DNA from: Candidatus Nomurabacteria bacterium | Lineage (GTDB): Bacteria > Patescibacteriota > Minisyncoccia > Phycocordibacterales > UBA9973 | Length of the DNA: 64,000 nucleotides | NCBI GenBank assembly: GCA_037139835.1 | Contig: JBAXFQ010000002.1 | Location: 10,659 to 74,658 of the forward strand | Reading direction: 5' to 3' | Shown: one piece after another, positions 36,188 to 46,524 of the stretch | Position numbering within the stretch: position 1 is the stretch's first letter | Layout: the number at the start of each line of letters is the position of its first letter | Program-made: the position numbers and the translations under genes | Notes under the pieces: model-generated | Told to the model about the DNA's origin: nothing | The model's database searches: none | Seen by the model: the letters and a program-made list of their open reading frames with translations, nothing else

Positions 36188-36919
36188 ATGGAAAAACAAA
36201 ATAAATTTTTAATATTTTTGAATTCAAGAATTTTTGTAGGCTTAGGTATAATAGCTGCGGCATTTATCGGTGCTTATACTTTTTATCAAATTCGTTCTCT
36301 GGATAATACCTTAACAGTGACAGGAAGTACGACAAAGCAAGTCACATCGGACCATGTTAAATGGGTTGGTGCTCTAAATAGAGTAGTAAAGGCAAGTACA
36401 CTTAAAACTGGTTATTCCGATCTAGCTCGTGATCTTGTTTTTGTAAAAGAATTTTTGAAAGAGAAGAATATTCCGGACAATCAGATCGTCGTTTCTCCTA
36501 TTTTCATGGATCAGAACTATGATCAGCCTCAAGGTTCAGAGAGAAGCTATACTCTTCGTCAAACAATAGATATAAATTCAAGTGATGTAAATGCAATTGC
36601 TGACGTTGCTAAAAATATACAACCTTTAATTGAGAAAGGAGTTATCTTCTCTACTCAGTCTCTAGAGTTTACATATACAAAACTTCCACAAGAGAGAGTT
36701 GCTATGCTTGCTGATGCAGTAAAGGATGCCAAGTCTCGTGCAGCTAGTTTAGCTGAGTCGAGCGGAAAGACCGTTGGACAGCTGAAGAATGCTTCTTCTG
36801 GTGTCGTGCAGGTTATGTCTGCAAACTCAAACGAAGTTTCAGACTATGGCTCTTATGACACATCAAAAGTAGAGAAAAACATAATGATGACAGTCAAAGC
36901 TACATTCACTCTCAAATAA
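36188..36919 (+). CDS. SIMPL-domain (DUF541) protein
   Basis: N-terminal TM anchor; overall composition and ~240-aa length resemble SIMPL/26-kDa periplasmic immunogenic protein family. Confidence 0.6.
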   Translation: MEKQNKFLIFLNSRIFVGLGIIAAAFIGAYTFYQIRSLDNTLTVTGSTTKQVTSDHVKWVGALNRVVKASTLKTGYSDLARDLVFVKEFLKEKNIPDNQIVVSPIFMDQNYDQPQGSERSYTLRQTIDINSSDVNAIADVAKNIQPLIEKGVIFSTQSLEFTYTKLPQERVAMLADAVKDAKSRAASLAESSGKTVGQLKNASSGVVQVMSANSNEVSDYGSYDTSKVEKNIMMTVKATFTLK

Positions 36920-36930
36920 ATAAATACGAT

Positions 36931-37794
36931 ATGAAAAAATATTTTGTACTTTTTATTTTATTTTACATAGCATTTATTCCATCAGCTGGTGCCACAGTTA
37001 TAACTACTACTGGTTTTATACCAGGTCAGATTTGGTATAGCAAGGACACTATAGCTGAGGGTGATACAGTAAAAATATATACAGCTATTTGGAATAATAG
37101 TACATCTCCTTTGTCTGCAAAGGTTGAATTTTATGATCAAAATGTAATTTTAGGGACAAGAGACGTAGTATTACCTTCACAACAATTGATGGATGCATCT
37201 GTGACTTGGAAAGTAACAGCAGGAGATCATTCTATCTCTGCCAAGATTATTTCTCCTAGTGTGACAGTCAGTGGAAAGAAAGAAATAGTTACAGTCAATA
37301 ATGTTTTGACCTCAGTTGATCGTAAATTCGTACCAGTCGTTTTAAATACGATAGAGGGTCAACCTGCTACTTCTACTGATATTTTAAAAAGTCAGATCGA
37401 TAAAGCTACTGCATCTATAGATGGTATAATACCTAATTCTATAAGTGAGCCTGTTTCTAAAAATGTTAATTCAATAGACAGTTTTAGAATAGATACACTG
37501 GCAAGTATTGCAAATACAAAATCAGAAGCAGAAAAGACAATTACAGAATTAAATAAATCTGATTCAAACAATAAAAGTGCTTCTGCTGGAGGAAAAGTTC
37601 TAGCAGTTAAAAATGTTGCAGAAAAAGGTAAAAGTATAGATAGTGCGACAGAAAAACCGATAGCTTATATAAAATTATTTTTATTTTCAGTTTTATCTTT
37701 CATTTTTAGTAGTAAGATAGTCTTCTATTTTTTAATTATTTTGATAATGTTCTTTATAATTAGAGGTATATACCGTAAAGTAAAGAATAGATAA
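36931..37794 (+). CDS. hypothetical secreted protein with C-terminal TM anchor
   Basis: Signal peptide (…AFIPSAGA/TV), Ser/Thr-rich body, C-terminal hydrophobic helix followed by basic RKVKNR. Confidence 0.4.
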   Translation: MKKYFVLFILFYIAFIPSAGATVITTTGFIPGQIWYSKDTIAEGDTVKIYTAIWNNSTSPLSAKVEFYDQNVILGTRDVVLPSQQLMDASVTWKVTAGDHSISAKIISPSVTVSGKKEIVTVNNVLTSVDRKFVPVVLNTIEGQPATSTDILKSQIDKATASIDGIIPNSISEPVSKNVNSIDSFRIDTLASIANTKSEAEKTITELNKSDSNNKSASAGGKVLAVKNVAEKGKSIDSATEKPIAYIKLFLFSVLSFIFSSKIVFYFLIILIMFFIIRGIYRKVKNR

Positions 37795-37838
37795 TAATGT
37801 TTGTCAAATTAGGCTCTTATCTAGTATACTAAACGAGT

Positions 37839-38120
37839 ATGAAGAGGGTCATTTTTGATATATTTTTGTTTATATTTGTTTTTGTTTTGCCCTGGTGGAT
37901 ATCACTTTTATGGGCTATTATTGGACTTTTTGTCTTTAAAAATTACTATGAGTTTTTGATTTCAAGTATTATTTTTTATGTCATATCCACAACGAGAGAA
38001 TATACTTTTTTTAACAGCTCATTATTATTTTATTTTGGTGTAATAATTTTTTACTTAATATCTCAATATATCCGTTGTCATATTATTTTATATAAAAATG
38101 AAATTTCATATAAATCATAA
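37839..38120 (+). CDS. small hydrophobic hypothetical protein
   Basis: ORF track; 3 predicted TM segments. Confidence 0.3.
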   Translation: MKRVIFDIFLFIFVFVLPWWISLLWAIIGLFVFKNYYEFLISSIIFYVISTTREYTFFNSSLLFYFGVIIFYLISQYIRCHIILYKNEISYKS

Positions 38121-39795
38121 ATACATAAAAAGAGACATTGCTCCGGATGAGATATTTCTGGATTCAAAGAATTTGCCGTGCTTCAATACACAGCAATTTG
38201 AAGGGCGTCTCGAAAAAGCTATACCTAAAAGATCGATTTTCTTTTTAGGTGTATTTTTCTTTGCTTGTACTAGTCTATTTATTTACAAGCTTGGTTACCT
38301 TCAAATAGTTAAAGGAGAAGCTTATTTTAAAAAAAGTGAAAACAATACTCTTATGAAGCAGCCTATCTTTGCGGATAGGGGTCTTATTTATGATCGTAAT
38401 GATGTATTACTTGCTTGGAATAATTGGAATAAAGAAGATTTAAATAAATTTTCATCCCCAACTAGGTCTTATTTTTCTGATCCAGGTTTTAGTTTACTTT
38501 TGGGTTATGTTAGTTCTCCAGCTAAAGATTCTCAGGGAAACTATTGGCAGGATACTTTTATAGGTAAGGATGGTATTGAAAAGTCTTATAATAAAAATCT
38601 TACAGGTATAAATGGTGTCCGAATAACAGAAACTGATGTTAAGGGTGTTGTTCAGTCTGAAAATGTTGTAACACCTCCTAAGGCAGGTGAAAATATAAAA
38701 TTATCTATCGATAGTAGAATACAAAAAAAGATGTATGACTCCATAGTTTCTATGGCACAGAATGCTTCGTTTTCAGGTGGTGCAGGAGTTTTGATGGATA
38801 TTAAAACAGGTGAGATTCTTTCTATGACCAGTTATCCTGAGTATAATTCAAACACAATATCAAAAGGAGAAGATAAGGCTACTATAAATGGGTACTTTAC
38901 AGACAAAAGAAAAGTTTTCTTGAATCGTCCTGTTTCAGGTCTGTATGCTCCGGGTTCTATCGTTAAGCCTTTTTTGGGATATGGAGCCTTGGCAGAAAAT
39001 GTGATAACACCTTTTAAACAAATATTAGCAAATGGTTCTATCTCTATACCGAATCCATATTTCCCAGATAAAAAAACAATATTTAAAGATCATGGTTCTT
39101 TTGGATATGTAGATATTAAAAAGGCAATCGCAATTTCTTCTGACGTTTATTTTTATGAAGTAGGGGGAGGTTTTGAAAGTCAAAAAGGTTTAGGTATATT
39201 AAACATAGATAAATATGCAAAGATGTTCGGTATAGCAGATAAAACAAATATAGATGTAGGTGGAGAAAAAAGTGGTGTTGTTCCAACTCCAGACTGGAAG
39301 TCTAAAACCTTTAAGGGTGAAATATGGAGAATAGGAGATACTTATAACACAGCTATAGGACAGTATGGTTTTCATGTTACACCTTTATCGATGGCAAGAG
39401 CAGTATCAGGTATTGCATCAATGGGAATTATACCTACTCCTCATCTAAGGTTTAATGATAAAATTATAGAATCTAAAGTAACTACATTTCCAGTAAATAA
39501 AGATTTAATGAAAGTTATACAAGACGGTATGCGTATGGCTGTGACAGAGGGGACAGCGACGGCCCTTAATCTACCACTAGTTAAAGTTGCTGCAAAATCA
39601 GGTACAGCTCAGATTGGACTCGGAAATACAAATACAAACTCATGGATAGTTGGATTTTTCCCTTATGATAATCCAAGATATTCTTTTGCTATTTTGATGG
39701 AAAGGGGGCCAAAGGCGGCATCAGGAAATGCTACGAGAGTTATGAGCGAAGTAGTAGACTACATGAGTGTATATACACCAGAATATTTTAAATAA
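38098..39795 (+). CDS. mrdA: penicillin-binding protein 2-type peptidoglycan D,D-transpeptidase
   Basis: Transpeptidase motifs SIVKPF (SxxK), SSD (SxN-like), KSGTA (KTG-type); located away from the dcw cluster, which carries its own ftsI. Confidence 0.8.
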   Translation: MKFHINHKYIKRDIAPDEIFLDSKNLPCFNTQQFEGRLEKAIPKRSIFFLGVFFFACTSLFIYKLGYLQIVKGEAYFKKSENNTLMKQPIFADRGLIYDRNDVLLAWNNWNKEDLNKFSSPTRSYFSDPGFSLLLGYVSSPAKDSQGNYWQDTFIGKDGIEKSYNKNLTGINGVRITETDVKGVVQSENVVTPPKAGENIKLSIDSRIQKKMYDSIVSMAQNASFSGGAGVLMDIKTGEILSMTSYPEYNSNTISKGEDKATINGYFTDKRKVFLNRPVSGLYAPGSIVKPFLGYGALAENVITPFKQILANGSISIPNPYFPDKKTIFKDHGSFGYVDIKKAIAISSDVYFYEVGGGFESQKGLGILNIDKYAKMFGIADKTNIDVGGEKSGVVPTPDWKSKTFKGEIWRIGDTYNTAIGQYGFHVTPLSMARAVSGIASMGIIPTPHLRFNDKIIESKVTTFPVNKDLMKVIQDGMRMAVTEGTATALNLPLVKVAAKSGTAQIGLGNTNTNSWIVGFFPYDNPRYSFAILMERGPKAASGNATRVMSEVVDYMSVYTPEYFK

Positions 39796-39800
39796 ATTCT

Positions 39801-39829
39801 TTGACTTATTACCTTAAAATTGCTACAAT
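39801..39829 (+). promoter_or_regulatory. sigma70-type promoter TTGACT-N17-TACAAT upstream of greA
   Basis: Consensus-like hexamers with 17-nt spacer. Confidence 0.45.
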
Positions 39830-39959
39830 CTGTCGATTATAGAATCAAAATTGTGAGACATTGATCCTTTGGTTTATTAATAAAAAAGCTTTAAAAATAA
39901 GGATAAATTATTAGAAATTAATAAAAAATAGAATTAATAAACTATTTTTCAATACAGAT

Positions 39960-40424
39960 ATGGAAGAAAAAAATTATATAACAGAAGAGAAGAAACAAGC
40001 TCTAATAGAAGAGCAGAAATTTCTCAAAACTGTCAAAAGAAAGGAAATATTAGAAGCTTTAGAATCTGCAAAAGCTTTGGGTGATTTGTCTGAAAATGCA
40101 GAATATCATCAAGCTCGTGAGGATCAAGGTAAGACAGAAGATCGCATAAATCAGATTGAATATATGCTTCAGTCTTCGGTAGTTGTCAAAAAGCATCAAA
40201 GTTCAAAAGTTGAAATTGGTACTTGTGTAGTAGTTAAGAAAGATGGAGCTAAAGAAACAACTACATACAGTATCGTAGGAGCAGAAGAAGCAGATATGAC
40301 TCAAAATAAAATTTCAAATAAGTCACCCCTTGGTGAAGCTCTCTTTGGAAAGAAGAAAGGTGATGTTGTTTCTATAAACACTCCTAAAGGACTAGCCAAA
40401 TACACTCTAGTTGATATACAATAG
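39960..40424 (+). CDS. greA: transcription elongation factor GreA
   Basis: GDLSENAEYHQAREDQG and C-terminal FKBP-like domain. Confidence 0.9.
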   Translation: MEEKNYITEEKKQALIEEQKFLKTVKRKEILEALESAKALGDLSENAEYHQAREDQGKTEDRINQIEYMLQSSVVVKKHQSSKVEIGTCVVVKKDGAKETTTYSIVGAEEADMTQNKISNKSPLGEALFGKKKGDVVSINTPKGLAKYTLVDIQ

Positions 40425-41916
40425 AGCTATGGCATCTATAGAAGAATTGCGCACTGCGCGACTATCAAAAATTAATAAATTAAAAGAAGTGGGTATGAAT
40501 CCATATCCTGCTTTTGTTCCACGTGATTATTCAATAAAAGAAGTAAAAGATTCTTTTGAAAAATTAGTTCAATTATCAGAAGAGAAAAATATTTCTATTG
40601 CAGGTAGAGTTATGATTGTTCGAGGGCAAGGCTCGATATTGTTTATTGTATTGCAAGATGGAGAATCTAAGCTTCAAGCGGTGTTAAAAAAGGATGAATT
40701 AAAAGAAGAAGTTTTTAACTTATTTGTAGACACTATAGATAATGGTGATTTTATATCTGTGACTGGATCACTTTTTACAACTCAAAGAGGGGAACAAAGT
40801 ATTTTAATAAAAGATTGGACTATGGCTACAAAGGCACTACTTCCTCTTCCTGATAAATGGCATGGTTTACAAGATGTAGAAGAAACTTATAGAAAAAGAT
40901 ATTTAGATATATTGATGGACAAAGAAGTATATGATAGGTTTGTATTGCGTTCTAAAATAGTTAAATTTATCAGAAATTATTTTGATAATAAAAACTTTTT
41001 AGAAATAGAAACTCCAATACTTCAAAATGAAGCTGGAGGTGCTATGGCTAAAACTTTCAACACTCACCACGATGATTATGATATGGATATGGTCCTTCGT
41101 ATTGCATTGGAATTAGAGCATAAAATGCTTATGGTAGGTGGATATGAGAGAGTATATGAGATAGGTAAGAATTTTAGGAATGAAGGAACTGATCCGACTC
41201 ATCTACAGGAATTTACTATGCTTGAGTGGTACGCTGCTTATCAAACACTAGAGACAAATATGAAATGGACTGAGGATTTGATTAAGTCCATTGCCACTGA
41301 TTTATTAAATAAAAATATATTTAAAGTTTACGACAATGAAGGTAACGGTGTAGATGTAGATTTGAGTGTAGATTGGCCTCGGATTAGTTTTGGGGAATTA
41401 TTACAAAAAGACGCAAATATAAATATTGAAACTATTACTTTAGAAGAAGCAAGAATAGAAGCCTTGAAATGGGGAGTTAAAGAGGATGATGTTAAAAAAC
41501 TTGGAAGAGGAAATTTACTTGATAAAATATATAAAAAATCTTCCAGAGGAAAGATTATTAATCCTACTTTTGTGACAGATTTTCCTGGTGATTTGAAACC
41601 ATTGGCGCAACAAAACGAGAATAGTACCGCTAAGGTGTGCCAGCTAATCATAGCAGGGGCTGAGATAACGAATCAATACGCTGAACTTGTAAATCCTATA
41701 ATACAAAGAGAATTATTAGTATCTCAATCTAAAGCAAAGGAGGGTGGTGATGAAGAAGCTATGGATGTCAGTGAAGGATTTTTGACCGCTATGGAGCATG
41801 GAATGCCTCCTATGACAGGCTTTGGTATGGGTATCGATCGTTTGGTTGCTATATTTACAGAACAGAAGAATCTTCGTGATATTGTATTTTTCCCTATAAT
41901 GAAACCAAAAGAGTAA
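40411..41916 (+). CDS. lysS: lysyl-tRNA synthetase, class II
   Basis: FRNEGTDPTHLQEFTMLEWY (motif 2) and GFGMGIDRLVAIF (motif 3); alternative non-overlapping start ATG 40429 (MASIEEL). Confidence 0.95.
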   Translation: MIYNRAMASIEELRTARLSKINKLKEVGMNPYPAFVPRDYSIKEVKDSFEKLVQLSEEKNISIAGRVMIVRGQGSILFIVLQDGESKLQAVLKKDELKEEVFNLFVDTIDNGDFISVTGSLFTTQRGEQSILIKDWTMATKALLPLPDKWHGLQDVEETYRKRYLDILMDKEVYDRFVLRSKIVKFIRNYFDNKNFLEIETPILQNEAGGAMAKTFNTHHDDYDMDMVLRIALELEHKMLMVGGYERVYEIGKNFRNEGTDPTHLQEFTMLEWYAAYQTLETNMKWTEDLIKSIATDLLNKNIFKVYDNEGNGVDVDLSVDWPRISFGELLQKDANINIETITLEEARIEALKWGVKEDDVKKLGRGNLLDKIYKKSSRGKIINPTFVTDFPGDLKPLAQQNENSTAKVCQLIIAGAEITNQYAELVNPIIQRELLVSQSKAKEGGDEEAMDVSEGFLTAMEHGMPPMTGFGMGIDRLVAIFTEQKNLRDIVFFPIMKPKE

Positions 41917-41937
41917 TTACATAATTATAACTGGTAT

Positions 41938-41978
41938 ACAAAACCCCGAAGCTTCGCTTCGGGTTTTGTATTTTTAAT
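41938..41978 (+). terminator. rho-independent terminator AAAACCCCGAAGC-ttc-GCTTCGGGTTTTGTATTTTT
   Basis: GC-rich stem-loop with T-tract after lysS. Confidence 0.75.
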
Positions 41979-42059
41979 ATTTGGTTTGACTATAAATATA
42001 TATAATGGTAATTTACTGTTAAATAACGATATTTTAAATGTTTAACTAAAACTATATAT

Positions 42060-42500
42060 GTGATGAAAAAAATCTTATTTTTTCCTTTTATTTTTATGAC
42101 TTTTGTCGCTGTGGCTCAGAAAGTAAAAAAAATTGAGCTAATCCATGAAGATCAAGCATTTAAGAATGCTAAGATTTTTTATGGGACAAATAATATTAAA
42201 ATCAATGATTTCCATCTAAATGATGTTTATGTTGGACAGTATTATGTAACGCATGAAAAGGTAAAAGAGGGATTTGCATTGGCAGACAAATTGATTACTA
42301 CATCCATTAACAAACTGTCTAAGGATAAACCAAATGTGATTTATACTGACCGGGGACAGATTGTAATAAATTGGTATCAAAAGAAATGGAATATCACATT
42401 TGATAAATACGATGATCCAAACTCTGTATCAAGTAGTTTTAATGGAGTTAGAATTTTTTCTTTAAAGTTAAATTCATTAATTAAATCTAACAAAAGATGA
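42060..42500 (+). CDS. hypothetical secreted protein
   Basis: Signal peptide MMKKILFFPFIFMTFVAVAQ; overlaps next ORF by ATGA. Confidence 0.35.
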   Translation: MMKKILFFPFIFMTFVAVAQKVKKIELIHEDQAFKNAKIFYGTNNIKINDFHLNDVYVGQYYVTHEKVKEGFALADKLITTSINKLSKDKPNVIYTDRGQIVINWYQKKWNITFDKYDDPNSVSSSFNGVRIFSLKLNSLIKSNKR

Positions 42501-42790
42501 GAACATATCAGCCGTTGTACCTTAAGGTCGTGTTATCGATTTTGAAAAAGATCGAATTTAAATTAGCTAAAAAAGGGGATTACTATTTTATTGATTCAAT
42601 TCCTTTCGATGAGATTGTTGAAGAAGATGAAGTGTGTAATTCTTTGATGTTGGAAAGTTTTGATGCATTTTTTGAAATCGATAATTTATTTTTGATCAAT
42701 TGTGGCTTTTACATACGAGATCATGATCTTCCAATATTTATTTTTCGTATGGGGTTAGGAAAATGCGATATAATTTTCACTGGGGGATGA
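42497..42790 (+). pseudogene. hypothetical protein, possibly interrupted by a frameshift at a G5 tract (42782-42786); reading frame appears to continue to ~42957
   Basis: After the stop at 42788-42790 the next frame encodes a further 52 non-low-complexity residues (DDLISEDLLKFKNVLPEDIEDESWIDILSVFIKSINYIIDNNLRIEYTPRVN) up to TAA at ~42955-42957. Confidence 0.3.
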
Positions 42791-42948
42791 TTTAATATCT
42801 GAAGACCTTCTGAAATTTAAAAATGTTTTACCAGAAGACATAGAGGATGAGTCTTGGATTGATATACTTTCAGTTTTTATCAAAAGCATAAATTATATTA
42901 TTGATAATAACCTAAGAATTGAGTATACACCAAGAGTAAACTAATTTA

Positions 42949-42992
42949 AAAAAGGCTTAAGTTTCTTAACTTAAGCCTTTTTTTATATGCCT
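42949..42992 (+). terminator. rho-independent terminator (10-bp stem GGCTTAAGTT/AACTTAAGCC) with T-run
   Basis: AAAAAGGCTTAAGTT-tctt-AACTTAAGCCTTTTTTT. Confidence 0.75.
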
Positions 42993-43022
42993 AAAATTTC
43001 ATTTAGTTATCCACAGTTTTGA

Positions 43023-43089
43023 GTGGGAAGGCTTGTTTGTTTTGTGGGATGAAGTGGTGTATAATATAACCAAGTGGGATACGGTGGGA
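43023..43089 (+). promoter_or_regulatory. mraZ promoter with MraZ-box direct repeats (GTGGGA at 43023, 43044, 43074, 43084; degenerate GTGGTG at 43054) in 10-bp phasing around a TATAAT -10 (43060-43065)
   Basis: E. coli MraZ is reported to bind a series of TGGGN direct repeats with 10-bp spacing in its own promoter; the same pattern is seen here directly. Confidence 0.6.
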
Positions 43090-43132
43090 TAAAATATATT
43101 TATCAATTATAACCTTATTTCATAATATTATT

Positions 43133-43567
43133 ATGTTGATTGGAGAATACACACATACATTAGATGATAAGAATCGAATGTCATTACCTGTTAAATTCCG
43201 AAAGGAGATGGGGAAGAGTGTTGTTGTTGCTCCTGGACTAGATAATTGTCTTTCAATTTTCACAACAAAAGAGTGGCAAAAAGTTTCAGAAAAGTTATCA
43301 GATTCTTCAATGCTAGCAAGTGATAATAGAAGTTTTTCGAGATTTATGTTTGGTCAGGCTGTGGTTGCCGATGTGGATGCAAACGGCCGAATACTGATCC
43401 CGGAAAATTTAAAAATAAGATCCAATCTTTCTACAAAAGTAGTTGTTATTGGAGTTCAAAATCGCGCAGAAATCTGGAATGAAAAAGCCTGGAATGATTA
43501 CAAGAAGTTGGTTGAAACACAGGCTGACGCCCTTGCTGATAAATTAGGGCAGATAGGAGTTCTTTAA
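43133..43567 (+). CDS. mraZ: transcriptional regulator MraZ
   Basis: Tandem MraZ half-domains; N-terminus LIGEYTHTLDDKNRMSLPVKFR with DxxxR motif. Confidence 0.9.
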   Translation: MLIGEYTHTLDDKNRMSLPVKFRKEMGKSVVVAPGLDNCLSIFTTKEWQKVSEKLSDSSMLASDNRSFSRFMFGQAVVADVDANGRILIPENLKIRSNLSTKVVVIGVQNRAEIWNEKAWNDYKKLVETQADALADKLGQIGVL

Positions 43568-43568
43568 T

Positions 43569-44462
43569 ATGAAACATATACCTGTATTAAAAGCTGAATC
43601 TATAGATGGTCTTTCTATTAAAAAAGGAGACATCATAATAGATGGCACGCTAGGTGGTGGAGGACATACTTTTGAGATGATAAAGCGTTACGGTTCTAGT
43701 ATAAAGATTATTGGTTTGGACCTTGATTTTGATGCTAAGGAACGGGCAGAGAAGCTAATCGGCAAGACCCCTTCTGACTTTATTTTTATCAATTCTGGTT
43801 TTCAGGATATTGATAAGGTTTTAAAGGGTTTAGGAATAGACCAAGTAGATGGAATTTTGCTTGATTTAGGGATAAGTTCATTTCAGCTTGAAGTTGCTGG
43901 CAGAGGATTCTCTTTCTTGAAAGATGAACCACTACTAATGACTATGAAGAAAGAACCTACAGATGAAGACCTAACAGCAAAAGAAATAGTTAATACATGG
44001 GAAGAAGAAAGTATTGCTGATATTATTTATGGTTTTGGAGAAGAGAAATATTCAAGAAAGATTGCAAAGAAAATAGTAGAAAGCCGAAAAGAAAAAGATA
44101 TAGAAACAACATTTGATTTAGTAAAGATTATCGATCAAGCAGTTGGAAAGAATTATAAAGGCATGAGGATACATCCTTCAACTAGAACTTTCCAAGCTTT
44201 GAGAATTGCTACCAATAGTGAACTATCAAATTTAGAGCAGGTAATAGAAAAAGGTTTTAATTGTTTAAAAATAGGAGGTCATATGTCAGTTATCACTTTC
44301 CACAGTTTAGAGGACAGAATAGTCAAAAGAGCATTTGTAAGCTTAAAACAAGAAGGAAAAGCTCTGATGGTAAATAAGAAACCGATAATACCAACCGACG
44401 ATGAGCTCATGAATAATCCTCGCTCTCGTAGTGCAAAGTTAAGGTTATTAGAAAAAATTTAA
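43569..44462 (+). CDS. rsmH: 16S rRNA (cytosine1402-N4)-methyltransferase RsmH
   Basis: HIPVL..., DGTLGGGGH SAM-binding motif; conserved position after mraZ. Confidence 0.9.
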   Translation: MKHIPVLKAESIDGLSIKKGDIIIDGTLGGGGHTFEMIKRYGSSIKIIGLDLDFDAKERAEKLIGKTPSDFIFINSGFQDIDKVLKGLGIDQVDGILLDLGISSFQLEVAGRGFSFLKDEPLLMTMKKEPTDEDLTAKEIVNTWEEESIADIIYGFGEEKYSRKIAKKIVESRKEKDIETTFDLVKIIDQAVGKNYKGMRIHPSTRTFQALRIATNSELSNLEQVIEKGFNCLKIGGHMSVITFHSLEDRIVKRAFVSLKQEGKALMVNKKPIIPTDDELMNNPRSRSAKLRLLEKI

Positions 44463-44486
44463 TTATTAATAATAAGAATCAAATAT

Positions 44487-44810
44487 ATGAGCAAAACAAA
44501 AGCAATAACAAAAGATATAGTAGACAATACTAATACACAAAGAATTATATTTAAAATCCTTGTTGGTTCTTTGTTATTACTTTCTGCTGCTTATATTTAT
44601 ATTATTGGATCTATCACTTTCAATGTAGTTGCTCGTAAGTCTCTAGAAAATACAGCTAAAGGATTAGGTAATAATATAAGTCAATTAGAATTAACCTATT
44701 TAAATAATTTAAATGATGTAAATAAAGCCAAGGCTACATCTTTAGGATTTGTAGAAACAAAGTCAAATATTTTCGCTTCTCGTAATATTACTCATGTTGC
44801 TATTCGCTAA
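44487..44810 (+). CDS. ftsL: small bitopic membrane protein, positional FtsL candidate
   Basis: Single TM plus short coiled region, between rsmH and ftsI as in dcw clusters; assignment by position only. Confidence 0.4.
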   Translation: MSKTKAITKDIVDNTNTQRIIFKILVGSLLLLSAAYIYIIGSITFNVVARKSLENTAKGLGNNISQLELTYLNNLNDVNKAKATSLGFVETKSNIFASRNITHVAIR

Positions 44811-46519
44811 TGAACCTAACATCGTTTCAATCTAGAATAAGGATAGTTTCCGTGCTAATTTTTGCATTTGCTATAATTTTAATTTCTAAATTATTTTTTC
44901 TCCAAATACTTCATAAAAATTTATATACAGGAAAGGCTGATAGACAATACGCTACTCCAGCAAGTAATATCTTTGAACGGGGTTCTATATTCTTTACTAA
45001 AAAGGATAGTACACTTGTAGCAGCAGGTACTGTCTCTTCTGGATTTAAAGTTGCAATAAAAGCAAAAGATATAAAAGATGTAGATAGTACTTATGCAGCA
45101 TTAAAACCTTATATAGAAATGGATTATGATACTTTTGTGTCTAAAGCAAATAAGAAAAATGATCCATATGAAGAGATAGCAACTCATCTCACGAAAGAAC
45201 AAATCACAGAGATAGATAATTTAAAACTTCCTGGAGTTTCTATTTTTAAAGACAATTGGAGATTTTATCCAGGGGGAAGTTTGGCTTCACATACTCTTGG
45301 TTTTCTTGCTTACAAAGGAGATGATAGAGTAGGACAATATGGCCTAGAACGTTACTACAATGATGTATTATCTAAACCAAAAGATGAAGCTTATGTTAAC
45401 TTTTTTGCAGAAGTATTTTCAGGAATAAAAGATTCTGTAACAAATAGTCAAAAACAGGGTGATATAGTAACAACTATTGAACCGTCTGTGGAGTCTACAT
45501 TAGAGACAGAACTAAGGTCTGCCTTTGAAAAGTGGGGAGCGGATGAAGCAGGAGGAATAATAATGAACCCTCAGACAGGAGAGATATATGCTATTACGGG
45601 ATCTCCAAATTTTGATTTAAATAAGTTTGGAGAGGTACATGATTCGAGTGTGTACAGAAATATAATGGTAGAAGATGTTTTAGAATTTGGTTCTGTTATC
45701 AAGCCTTTGGTTATGTCTGCAGCAATAGATGCTGGGGCAGTAACACCAGAAACTACATATTTAGATAAAGGAATGGTTACTGTTAATAAAAAAAATATAT
45801 TTAATTTTGATAAAAAAGGACGAGGAGTTGTAAATATGCAGACAGTTCTAGATCAGTCGTTAAATACCGGAATGGTTTTTGCAGAGAGTAAATTGGGTAA
45901 TGATAAATTCCGTACTTATATGAAGTCATATGGTATTGGACAGAAAACAGGTATAGATCTTCCAAATGAGACTTCTGGTCTTATTAAAAATCTAGAAAGT
46001 CCTCGTGATATTGAATACGCAAATGCTTCTTTTGGACAGGGAATAGCTCTGACTCCTGTAGAAGCGGTACGATCCTTCTCTGTGATAGCAAATGGAGGAA
46101 ATATGATAACACCCCATCTTGTAAAGCAAATAAGGTATGATGATGGGAGTTCTAGTCTCAAAGACTATCCAGTAGTAAGTTCTGGTATAATAAAGAAAGA
46201 GACCTCCGTTACAATCAGTAGAATGCTCACGCATGTATTTGAGGCTTATGACGCAGGAACTTTAAAATTTGATCATTATAGTGTAGCGGCAAAGACTGGA
46301 ACAGCTCAGGTTGCTATGGAAAATGGAAAAGGTTATTATGCAGATCGACATACACACTCATTTTTCGGATATTTTCCAGCGTATGATCCTCAGTTTATCG
46401 TGTTTATGTTCCTAAAAAATCCTAAAAATGTTAACTATGCTTCACAGACACTTATTCCACCATTCGTAAATATAACAAAATTTTTATTAAATTATTATAA
46501 TGTTCCTCCAGATAGATAA
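44810..46519 (+). CDS. ftsI: peptidoglycan D,D-transpeptidase FtsI (PBP3-type)
   Basis: SVIKP (SxxK), SLNTG (SxN), KTGTA (KTG) motifs; dcw position. Confidence 0.85.
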   Translation: MNLTSFQSRIRIVSVLIFAFAIILISKLFFLQILHKNLYTGKADRQYATPASNIFERGSIFFTKKDSTLVAAGTVSSGFKVAIKAKDIKDVDSTYAALKPYIEMDYDTFVSKANKKNDPYEEIATHLTKEQITEIDNLKLPGVSIFKDNWRFYPGGSLASHTLGFLAYKGDDRVGQYGLERYYNDVLSKPKDEAYVNFFAEVFSGIKDSVTNSQKQGDIVTTIEPSVESTLETELRSAFEKWGADEAGGIIMNPQTGEIYAITGSPNFDLNKFGEVHDSSVYRNIMVEDVLEFGSVIKPLVMSAAIDAGAVTPETTYLDKGMVTVNKKNIFNFDKKGRGVVNMQTVLDQSLNTGMVFAESKLGNDKFRTYMKSYGIGQKTGIDLPNETSGLIKNLESPRDIEYANASFGQGIALTPVEAVRSFSVIANGGNMITPHLVKQIRYDDGSSSLKDYPVVSSGIIKKETSVTISRMLTHVFEAYDAGTLKFDHYSVAAKTGTAQVAMENGKGYYADRHTHSFFGYFPAYDPQFIVFMFLKNPKNVNYASQTLIPPFVNITKFLLNYYNVPPDR

Positions 46520-46524
46520 AAAAT

